Source: Phoronis australis
Lineage: Eukaryota; Animalia; Phoronida
Direction of reading: 5' to 3'
Assembly (NCBI GenBank): GCA_002633005.1
Contig: NMRA01000117.1
Span: 600,343-664,342, forward strand
Length of the DNA stretch: 64,000 bases
Shown here: piece by piece, positions 22,864 through 33,929 of the stretch
How the letters are laid out: each line of letters opens with the position of its first letter
Numbering within the stretch: position 1 is the stretch's first letter
Made by a program: the position numbers and the translations under genes
Notes under the pieces: generated by a model
The model's database searches: none
What the model saw: the letters and a program-made list of their open reading frames with translations, nothing else
What the model was told of the DNA's origin: nothing

Positions 22864-25800
22864 TTACGTTTTCTTCTGCTTAGCTCCCTTAACCAGGTCT
22901 TGGAACACCTTTAGAGCCATATTGGTATACTTCTGCATGATACCATGGTGACGGAGGCCAGGAGTTAAGACCAGGAGACAGACTGAAAGGAATAGAACTA
23001 GTATACTATAGGAGTCTCAGGCTCTGCTTTAGAATAGTCGTAATACAGGGAGCAGCAATCCCGATGAAGGGTTAGTGGAAGGCTATCCACAAATCTATTC
23101 AGGTATTTTGCCTGACTTAGTCTGACTTGAATGGTGGCTAGAGTTCCCCCACCAACACCTAGGTACAAAATATGCACACAACCTTAAGTTTCCCTCTTGA
23201 GATATCATGCCCACAACTGATAAGGGTTGTGTATGTGACGTTAAGATATATGATAAGATCTAGACGGATAAGAGAGTCAATCTCAGCCAAGAAAAGTGGA
23301 TCAATCATGAACAGGGACGATGAAGGTTATAAACTGTCCAAAGTTTGGAATAGCCTGATCACCATGCCACCTAGTGTCCAATAACATTGCAAGATGGCTG
23401 CTGATAGGAGCCGAAAATGTCAAAGGTTATTATGTTCTTACTGGCTGTGAAAAAAGAAATTACAATTCATGAACTCTACCAACATTATGAAACTATTTAG
23501 TAATACTTTTACCTGCTTCATATTAACGGGCAGTGGGGACAAAAACATTCATGACTATAATAAAGTAGCAGACAAAATAACCTACCAACAAGGTAAGTGA
23601 GCAACAAGTTGTCTATGAGGCTACCAATCCAGGCCATGGTGGCTAAGGTTGAAATCATGACACAGTAGTACTGAAAGAAGATAACAGATGGCAATAAGTG
23701 TGTTTGTTTAATGTGAATGAAAGTTGGGTATTGGCAAGAGTGGATTTAAGGTCACACTGGATTAATTAATACACATTTGCTGCGGAAAAATAAATATCAA
23801 AAATGATATTGCTGAACTACACTCTTGTCCTCAGTTTAATTGTGCAGATTCAAGAATGCTGACTTGTCCCATCAAAAAAAATTAAATAATTCCAGTTGGC
23901 TAGGGGATTTGATATTCACTAAAAGTAGAGTTAACGATGAGAGTTGCTTCTTTTCAACATCTGAATTAGATTGAGAGCACAGAGTCCTCCATCAGGTGCT
24001 GGATGATTACCTGATAGCAGGTATATCTGTGGATAGACGCCTTGCTGTGCTACACTAGCACCACCTAGTGACTTTAGAGTTACACATTGCAACAAGATAA
24101 CCTGATAAGTTTCTCTGCACATTGGGCAAATTTGGCATGTTATAGGTTTTACATATATACAGAAGATATATTGCATATAGCAACAGGTTTTAACACTTAT
24201 ATTGAGTTATATCTGCTGGCTAAAAATAGCCGACTTCAAAGTATTCTAGTATTCTAAGACAAAATAAGAATGAAGCAATATATTAAGCCCAAAGAAAACA
24301 CCTATGAGCTCTATTCTGATGACAAAATGAAAGAAGTGGTAATTTCACAACTTATTTTTTACGAGGACCACAAACTTGAAGTATTCAGCACACGTCATTG
24401 TGTGAAAAAGAAAGTCACAAGATAATATTCGTATTACCTAAACAGTAATCAGTATGACTAAAAAAGGGCTTAACAATGTGAAGCCCCATGTACATACACT
24501 ATAAAAGAGGCCACAGTTTTCAAAAGGCTTACATAATCTTTCACAGACGAAACATATTTTTGTTGTTTTATTCTGCACTGTAAGTGGCCAACATCAAGAT
24601 TGATTGTGAAATTTCTTGCTCTAATGTTGCACAGAAAACAAGTGACTGCACAATAACATACATTGTATAGTCAGGGTTGGTGTTCTCAAGATTATTTCAC
24701 CCAAGTCAAAGATGTGCTTTGCCAAGAGAACTGGCTGAATATGGATAATTTTAAGGACACGACAGGCTGATTATTTATGACACTTTGTATGTCCACCAAG
24801 CAAGCATTCGCTATCTAGAATTTTGCAGGATACTTCATTATCGACGGACAATTTTTCCTGGTCTAAAATGCAAAAAAAAATCATTGCATATTTGTAGCTA
24901 GTGTAACGATATTTTTTCAAAAATTTTCATGTCCATGGAAACTACAATAATCTCTGTGAAAAATCCCAACATTTTAGGAAAAAACATGGCCATGAGATTG
25001 TAAACACCCAGGCATTATATTTGTGGACATATTGTATTTCTTTGATTATCAAGGTGTTGACTTCACAAGCAGGAATTTAAAATTTAAAAAGAATAGACCC
25101 TTGCTTAATAAAAGCGTTTAATTGATAGTTCAAAGGCCATAGTCACAAAGATATAGAGGATCTTACAACTTTAGGCCGGGTTGACTTCATGTTTGAGAGA
25201 GATGCTTGCATATTGAAGACGTGGGTCTTGAGGTGAAGCAGGCGACCACAGATCTGTTCATACTGGCGCTCTTGGATGGCAGTCCTGAAATAACATCATA
25301 ACTATTATAATAACCTACAATAGAAACCAACCTAAGAAGTATTTTAATGTTATCTGGGCCATATTTTGGTTAGAACATACTTTTTCTGGATTGTGGCTGG
25401 TTATGGATTTGACAGCATGTCAACAACAGTGGCTGATCACAGGGAATACTAAAGGTAACAAGAGGTTACAAGAGTGTCGGTAAAAGTTTTGTGTGCCAAC
25501 TTAACAAGCCATAACTTCTCTAGTTGTATCTTTTGGTATACAACAGGTCTGTGACCTATGACTCCAGTGGACAAAAAATTCAGATAAATCAGTATGACAT
25601 CATGCTGCATTGGATGGTAAGGATGAAATTCCTCCAATGCTTTAAGTGAATGTAGTCCAGTTACGAAGCAGGGGCCATGCGTAGACTCTAGCGACATGTG
25701 CTGAAAACAGTTGAATTTTCTTATACAGAACTGGTGGCCTCAGTTCTGTATCAAAAGTTACTTCATTGTTGATGATCACACCACAGAGAATTCATTTATC

Positions 25801-28800
25801 TTTAAAACACTGCTATAAACACACAAAAATATAAAAAAGATTCACACGCTGATGCACACGTTGAGAGGAGGACCTCCCTCGAAAACTACGCCTGTGTTAC
25901 ATTGAACTGATACATACAATAAAATTCTACCATTTTCCAACAAAGCTGTCCTACTCACAGTATATTTTCTGCAGAATAAGATTGATGAACACACATAACT
26001 ACGTTGTGAATATTAGTGCATTGTTACACATCTCCCTATTAATGCATAAATCAATCACAATTTGTTTTTGGCCAAAACATGAGTACGAACTTTCAAATCA
26101 ACGTTGACTAATACAATGATTTTAAAGTTTGCATTGAATCAAATAATAACAAGTCCTCTTCCAAGTGGGTTTTCGTAATACTTGTAACAGATCCCATTGA
26201 TAACATATTAAATGTATTCAACTTACAATCACACATGCACTACAGACCTCTCACCAGGGTACTTTACCTTAACAGTATGTAAATGGTGCTCCTTCCTGAT
26301 AAAATTGTGAACAGAAAAAGCTACAAAAAGTAGACTTAATAAAACCAGAACCACAGAAGTCGAACTGTGTTGTTCAAACTAAAAAATATTCACTAATGGA
26401 AGAGCTTGAGTGAATCTCGTGGAACTTTACTGAACATTGTTGCGCGTTCAACAAATTTTGTCTAATGGAAAATTAATATGCAACTAACACCCATGAGTTG
26501 AATAGTTGTGCTGAGAACATTGCACTATTTACATACCAGATATCTGTACTGAATAGTTATTCTGAGAACATTGCACTATTTACATACCAGCTATCTGTAC
26601 TGAACAGTTTGACGACAATTGTCGGCACCAGATAATCAGCCAAACACAGCAACATGCCCAGAAGTGAGAACGTCGTTAGAACGGAGGGTTCAAAATACCA
26701 GATCATCCTGGGGGAAAACAGTAATATTGTTACGTTAACAAAACAGTCATAAGTGAAAATGAAACTCAAATACCTGTGAAGTGAATTTATTTCAAACATT
26801 CAACTTGTAAAGTAATATGGACAAATTGAGTAGTCAAACCGTGCTACGATAAAATCCAACCAATTTAGGACACAATATGGTAGCAAGTGAATTTTCATTT
26901 TTTGTTTTTTATAAACAGTAAGTAACACCAATATAATGCTTCACCATTTTAAAGAAATTTACTGCACTGTTGCTACCAACAGATGTTTTGTGAAATTGAA
27001 GTATTCAAAGTGTTAGAAACCTAAGAAAAATGAAAACAATGTTATTCTGACAATTACTTTTGTACACAATTGGCAAGAATTTCCTGGTTAATTTGTAATT
27101 TTTGCTCACTTAATAATTCTCTACACTGTACAAACACTGATTCGGTCAACAGCACCCCCTTTGACAACTGAATATGCTTGTATTAAGAACGATACACCTG
27201 TACCTGAACTAAGACATTTATCAAAGGAAATTTTTTCCTCAAGTGTGTTTCACATGTAGGTGCATATGCCCGTGCTTCATGTAAGAGTGCAGGAAGCTAT
27301 TCCTTTGCATTTGTGCATGTTTTAAACTGAGTGCTATTTGTAGGTTTTATTCCATACTTAACACTTTTCAGTTGATATTCCGAGTTAAATTGAATAGACG
27401 TCAACATTTACTCCTCTGTTTTACTCCAGCCTTTCACATAATTATGGACATAAGTGCAGATTGACTTATAGGGGTATGAGGCTAAATACACGCATATACA
27501 GTAATTAAGTATCAGTCCACCGATCCTCCGACCACTGTACAGCCAACAAGCGGCAAGGTCGGGGGTCAGCCATTCACAACCATGTTCAGTCCAATAAATC
27601 ACATTAGGGATGAGAGAAATTGGGTGAAGTATGACACCACAGAGTTCGGTGCTTAAGGAATTACAAGGGAAGACTTCTGGGGGGCACAATGAGGCAATTT
27701 CTTGATGCGGAATGAGTCATTTTTTACTACATTTTCTGCTGTAGTTTCTGCTTCAAACAGAATCGTTTCTGAATAATTTTGATATCACATGATAAGTTCA
27801 TGACCAGTGTAAGCAAAAATGGCATCGACACTAAAATATCGGTTACCATGGTAACACTGGAACTGTTTCCGTGGAGGTACTTTGCATGCTTGTTAAAAAT
27901 CAGCAGTAAGTTATACCCTAATAGCGAAGCCGACCCCACGAGGAAACTGGTCCTGGTTTTCAAATGGCGAACAGTTTCGCCTATATAACTAGAGCCACAT
28001 CCAGCACAGATAAATTTGTATACTACCTTGGACCGTAGAACCATAGAAATTTTGTCCTTAGGGTTAAATAAATTCGACAGTTTTAGAGACTTGAATGTTA
28101 ATACAACTCTTAAGTTCACACAGTAATCATTCACCAATTTGTTGAGTTTTCGTTGAGCAATTTTGGCGTAAAACCCAGCATAGGGTATTTTAAAGTACTC
28201 GCTTGTAGTTAGTTTCGTCAAGATACAAGATGAATATTATCAGGGTTACGTTGGAGTCTTGCTTTCCGTACCCTATTGACTAATTCTAGGGGATATCTAT
28301 TCTTTTTCAAATTCGTTGTAAGTTCTTTAATATTAGAATCAAATCTAGCCCAAGTGTTGTACATGTGATATACCCTGTCTATTACCGTAGCCATTTGAAA
28401 ACCAGGACCAAGGAACATCTAAATTCTGACAGAAATTCACATGTATATTCACCTACAGAGCTACAATCATTGTTTTCAGCAGTGCTCTTTCAATAACTTT
28501 GCAATAATAGACCAGGCAGTAACAACAAAGGAGCTTAAAATTTGTGCAACTTTACACATCAGTTGGTGCAAGCCCAATCTCAATAGGCAACTGACACATC
28601 ACAGGTTGTCATTGTTGGTCGAGTTCATTGTCATTCCCTGTAACTGACTGTATCTGTGCTTCATTACTTGTTGCTGGGCTTAGCTAGGTGGCCACTGTAT
28701 TATCACTTCTGAGGATGGTGTTGAACAAATGACACCGAAACATGTCAAGTCTTAAAACCGTTGTTGTTTTCTTGAATATATGTTGCTACTTGCGATGATG

Positions 28801-31800
28801 GAAATCTACAGGCACCACTTAACAATGCCAAGTGAATAATAACAGTTAAAATTGGACAGTTTTTACAGCGTAAAAACATGGCTGCGAAGCCGTGAAATGT
28901 GTTTGAGCCTATAACTTTGGTAGAATGTAATATTTTGGGGAAATATTTTACCACTGTTTATAGATCCCACAGGGCTACCTATGTGTCAAATTTGGTGAAA
29001 ATTGGCTGACCCCCACCTTGCCGATGGATGGCTGGTGCTTTTGTGGACAAGCACTTAACATAACAATGTGTTCTGTCAATGAACTATTAACTATAGAGGC
29101 AATTTGACAACACTTACATAGCAATGAGAAAAGGTTAGACACATCCACTGAGTGTGTGGGGATACATTATTAAGAATCTGGCACTTACCTTATTCTAATG
29201 AACTGTTTGGGAACAAACATTTACTATATAAGGTGTCATTTTATAACTTTGGGTTTCACTCCTAATAATTACAAGGCTAAAATATAGCACAATCAGTTCA
29301 GCTCTGGGCCCACTCATTTTGAAACCTGTTTAAGGAAAAAGGCTCAGTCTTAATCAATTTCAGATTGCACCAGGTGCCTCAGGGGAAAAATTCTAGTAAC
29401 TTCAGGTTAAGCTAGTCAAAATTAAAGTTCCCAGCCCATTTCAGATGGCATCAGGTGATTTTTCTTTTTGCAAATACAGAAAACTACAAAAATACCAAAT
29501 GAATTTAAAAAAACAGAACCAAATAAGCTATTTGCTTAGCCTAACAACTAACCTTTCAGTAAGCACGATTATTTTGTCCAGGATTCAAAACATATGGTGT
29601 GCCAAAGCAATACAGTGCAACAGTGAAGTTAGCTAACCTTTCAGTAAGCATGATTTTGTCCAGAACTCAAAACATATGGTGTGTCAAAGCAATATAGTGC
29701 AACAGTGAAGTTAGCATTTAACATAGCTAACTTGCTCGCTATGACTAACTAATAGTACATGTACTTACAAAAACAAGAATGTGATGGCAGTCACAATAAT
29801 GGCAGGGTGTTGAGGTTTGTCCCAGTGAAGGACCTTGTTGAGAGGCAGTAGAACCTCCCTCCAACCCTCAAGATCTCTCTTCAGCTGCTTCAGATCTTTA
29901 CTCTGTCAAAGTCAAAGTAATCTTGAACAAGCATTTTTCACCAAGCACACCTGTATACCAAAATTTGTTCTTGTCAGTAGCAGGTAGGATTCTGCCAGAA
30001 GTTTCAGAGTTTTTGTCAGCAGTCACAACAACATTAGATTTAGGAAAAATTCACTCATGTTGTTGGGGAGACGGAATTCATATTTTGGAAGAAATAACTT
30101 TACAAATCTCCATAAGGAGCGTTGATTTAAACATTTTAGAAAAAACAAAACCACAAGATCTTAAATATGCTTTTATTTGTATCGACTCACTTTTCAGCAC
30201 ATCTGAGAAAAGTGTGAAAAAAGGAACAAATAATAAAACAATGACTACTTGGCTCACATTTTCTCACAGAATTCTCAAAATGTCTCAAAATTTCAGGCAA
30301 GCAAGTTTTGTTACAGAATGTCACAAAGAATCCCATCTCGGGACTTTAAGACACCAAAATTACCAGGGATGCCAAATTGCGAAGAATTTACACAGAAAAA
30401 GCAACATGTTTCTCGCCTAGAGTGGAGTGTGAATATACAAACTGTTGGCAGGAATGAAAAAGAATTTGATATTGTTACACACGTGATTCTGAACTGTTTT
30501 CTCACAGTGGAGTGGTAGACCGATCAACTGTTAAAACGGAGTATATCGAAGATGACCGGACATCCATTTCCAGCTCATTTTCTCAAACAAAACAAATCTA
30601 TTTAGGGCCGATTGCTTGCCCGTTTTTTGCACGTTACGTGATGCTCTGAAAAAATTTCACTGCAAAACCATGGAGGCCGAGAATGCAGATGGCATTTTTT
30701 CACTCAGGGTGCATACTTTTGTTTCAGAAATGGCATTTAATGAAGTTTGCATTTTAGCCTCAATACTTCTTTTATTAGAATCAACATGGTATATAGAATA
30801 TCAGGTAAAATTTTTGAAGTATACTCATTTAGTTTTTGAGATTTGGACTGTTGAAATAACAAAAGTGTGGGTTATGGAGAATACATCATTGGTATTGTCA
30901 CATCCATTTTGGAAAAAAAATTAAATCTGGCTTGGGAACAAGAAAGTTTATTACTGGTAACTCATGTACTAAATCACTGAACATCAATATAAAAAACTAG
31001 ATTCACCAGAAGCTGATTTAAGGGGGGCCAAGGGGGCCATGCCCCCCCTCCCCCCTAAACTTCTCCCAGATTCTATTTGGCAGTTCGGAGGTGCGAATGT
31101 CTGGCGGGTACATTCCTGGCAAATACTCTGCCCTGGCCCCTTTGCCCAACTCAAAATCCTGGATTCTCCGCACCTGTTCACACCTGAGTATGCTTCACAA
31201 GGTGTGAGTATACAAATAAAATGTAGCGATTGTACTTAATCCTTAGACATACTCAGGACTTAACTATCATCAGAGTCACATCACTGTCAAAAGCAAAGCA
31301 TAATTCTATTAATTACCATCAAAGACATACAGGAAAACACGTTTCATTATCAGTAAACATTGTTTGCATAAATAAGTCTCACATAACACAGGTCAGTGAG
31401 GGGGCTACGGAGAATACAAAATGTGAAGGTACTATTTGTGGGTAGAAAAATACTGGAACAATACAATAGAATTCATTTACTCGTCAATACTACTATTTCT
31501 GAATTACAAAAAAGTTGTGTTTAGAAAAAGGAAGATAATACCATATCATTCTTCTTCACACTTGTGCAAATACAAATATATAAGGTAATGAAAAAACTTC
31601 ATCCTAAGACATACTCAGCTCTTAACTATCACCAGAGTCACATGACTATCAATGAGATGCCTATTTCCATCAACTACCATCAAAGAAATACAGGAAAGCA
31701 CTTTTCATCATCAGTAAACATTGTATGCATAAATCTCACATCACACAGATCATGGATGGGGCTACAGAGAATACAAAATATGCAGATACCTGTTTATGAG

Positions 31801-33624
31801 TGGATGAACAATCGAGCAATGCAGTAGCATTCATTTAATTGTTAATACCAACATGTCTGAATCACCAAAGAACATTCACGTTTTATTGATAATGAGTTTA
31901 AATGATATACAATACAATATATATAAATTGGGGTCTATGGAGAATACAGGGGCAACGGAGAATGTTGGCCTAATATTTTTTGTGGGCCAAAGATAGCTTC
32001 AAGATTCCCAATGTGCAGTATCAAATATCTTTTATTAATGGAAAATTTCAATGGAATTCTGACAGGGCTACGGAGAATACACAGTTTTTCTTAGGTGACA
32101 GTGCTATTATTTGGTTGAGGAATCCAATCACCAGGACATCTGGTACAAATATGCGGTTTCTAAATCAAATTCGATATACCATCAACCATTAAAGAACACA
32201 TTATTCAAAACACTAGTAATAATGCTTTTCTTTTTAGCCATGGCTGTAAGAGAAGGAGCACATGCAAATTTTAAGGTTTTGCATAACATTTTGCAAATGT
32301 GCCTGAAAATTGTGTTCTACTTTTCAGATCCCTGCAATCACTAGAAAAAAATAAGAAATACATGTTAAGATCATGAAAAAACATTAAAACTATGAGTATT
32401 AAAAACATGCAATGCATCAGTGAAACAAAATAATGATAGATTTCTGGCTATTTTCAGCTATATTAAGGATTCCTCTGGCCATAATTAACATTTTTTTGTA
32501 CTTTAAAATGTGTAAACTTCATAAGTACCAATACTAAAACAAGATCATCATACAAATATCTTCCAGAGGTGAAGGAATTCTGTCAACATGATTGCAAAAC
32601 ATAAAAAATCTAGATTTGCACCCTGAGTGAAAAAATACCTAGTCTAAAAAGATTTCAGCTGAAAGAATAATCATGAAATTAAGTTTCAATAATTTCATTT
32701 GAGTGTGTAATGAAGTGACTTGGTTATGTTGGCTGAAGTTTGAATAAAGAGATCATGCCTAGTTAACCTGACATACCAGTACAGGTGATGGCCCTGTAAG
32801 GAAGTTCTCAACCGATTTATTTTTTATTTATAAAGTATAGTAAACTAAACAATACATACACGCAAACAGGTACCTGTGAATAAGAGATTGGATATAAATA
32901 CACTGCTCAAATTGCAATTACTTGTCATTCAGTTTTGGTCCTAAGTAAGCAAATTACTGGTCACCTGACCAAAAGATATTGTGACCTTGATCAAAAAAAT
33001 TGTTAGCATTTAAACAGTAAATATTCACTCTGCCACAGAAACCTGGGGAAAATTCAGTTCCATGCACACGTCAAATTTGATGGTTTAGCAAGTGTTAGGC
33101 ACACCAGGGCTTGGAATGACCAAAGATAAAAACAGGAAATTTTTCCTGGTGACGTATCTTCCACAAATAAATAGGCTTAATTAAAATGATAGAAATATTT
33201 TTTGTGTTGTAAAAACTAAAACGAACGTTTTTGCATGAATAAAGTCAAAATAATGATAAAAAAGATGAAGAGAAGAAGAAACTGAAAATAAATAAGAGGA
33301 AACCGAAATCAAAAGGACGAAATCCTCTTAAAATAGGAAAATTTCAAGCGTGGCATACATAACCCTGCTGATAAAGCACCGTAATCGCGATAATCCAACA
33401 CAGTAATCGACAGTAAAAAGAGAATTCAGGGTGGGAGTGACCAGTGATTTGTGTCATTTGCTCGCTTCATATGAACACGATGTTGTACAAAATATACCTA
33501 CAAAAATAAAAACATATTGATCTATCTTGTTTTAATGACAGTCAACATCCTAACACCTTAAAAATACTACCTCTTTCGCATCATAAGCCAGGTCATTGAA
33601 ACGGTTTTCTCTCACTTCCGCCAT
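22864..33624 (-). CDS. ARL6IP1: ADP-ribosylation factor-like protein 6-interacting protein 1 (209 aa, 6 exons)
   Basis: Exons 33571-33624, 29769-29902, 26588-26707, 25167-25284, 23586-23670, 22864-22982 (630 nt, phase-consistent). Motifs LEGWREVLLPLNKVLHWDKP, EPSVLTTFS..MLLCLADYLVP, AWIGSLIDNLLLTYL..LTPGLRHHGI and a lysine-rich ER-retrieval tail. Confidence 0.93.
23240..23430 (+). mobile_element. Penelope-like element 3' remnant
   Basis: RRIRESISAKKSGSIMNRDDEGYKLSKVWNSL resembles the C-terminus of the Penelope GIY-YIG endonuclease (R.I.E.I...MNRD.G..L...W). It is followed by a degenerate hammerhead-like motif. Confidence 0.65.
27948..28781 (+). mobile_element. 5'-truncated, 5'-inverted Penelope-like retroelement (RT thumb and GIY-YIG endonuclease remnant)
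   Basis: Minus-strand 27948-28389 encodes LKKNRYPLELVNR and FKIPY...FNPKDKI...VVYKFICAGCGSSYIGETVRHLKTR. The plus strand from 28390 continues RHLKTRTKEHLNSDRNSHVYIHL...FAIIDQA...LHISWCKPNLNRQL. Confidence 0.88.
28705..28750 (+). ncRNA. Minimal type-I hammerhead ribozyme in the Penelope 3' terminal repeat
   Basis: ACTT-CTGAGGA-T-GGTGT-loop-ACACC-GAA-ACATGT-C-AAGT: conserved core CUGANGA/GAAA/GUC, helix I ACUU/AAGU, helix II GGUGU/ACACC, palindromic stem III ACAUGU. Confidence 0.8.
29548..29715. repeat. Two-copy tandem duplication (~85 bp)
   Basis: ctaacctttcagtaagca...ttttgtccag...caaaacatatggtgtg...gtgcaacagtgaagttagc occurs twice. Confidence 0.85.
30696..32636. mobile_element. Putative large non-autonomous DNA element with internal repeats
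   Basis: tttttcactcagggtgca (~30696) is inverted at ~32617-32636. Internal ~365-bp diverged tandem duplication (31240 vs 31602) and five gggctacggagaatac-like motifs. True termini not determined. Confidence 0.5.
33105..33352. mobile_element. MITE family B copy
   Basis: cagggcttggaatgacc...aaatttcaagcgtg, homologous to 20807-21047. Confidence 0.8.
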
Positions 33625-33929
33625 TTTAGTTTTGTTTTGATCACACAAATTCTCGAACACTTCAATTTTATAAAACGTGTTAAAATGAAAATTTATGTGC
33701 AAAAATAAGTCTATAAAACTTTAAAAAAAAATAAAATGCGTTTAACATACTTTTTGTGATGGATTTTTTAGAAAAATGCTTCAATTATACTCCGAGTAAA
33801 GACGGAAATTGCCGTTTAAATTTCTCAAACACGATTGGTCAGATTGAAATTCGAAGTTGTTGTGGAAAGCCAAGTGTTCGCAGCAGCTGTGCAAAATCGT
33901 AGTTTAGTGCATTTTAAACCTCATCTAGG
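33625..33929. promoter_or_regulatory. Bidirectional promoter between ARL6IP1 and UBE2S
   Basis: Divergent ATGs 305 bp apart. Inverted CCAAT (ATTGG) at ~33834. YY1-type CCGCCATTTT overlaps the ARL6IP1 ATG. Confidence 0.6.

Larger units (their letters stand above)
27540..29034. mobile_element. TIR DNA element hosting a nested Penelope insertion
   Basis: cagccaacaagcggcaaggtcgggggtcagccatt (27540) is inverted at ~29000-29034 (aattggctgacccccaccttgccgatggatggctg). Confidence 0.7.

Noticed and set aside
29923-30924. Cluster of 90-165-aa ORFs in ARL6IP1 intron 1
   Set aside because: No recognisable domain or splice-consistent structure; likely chance ORFs in repeat-derived DNA.
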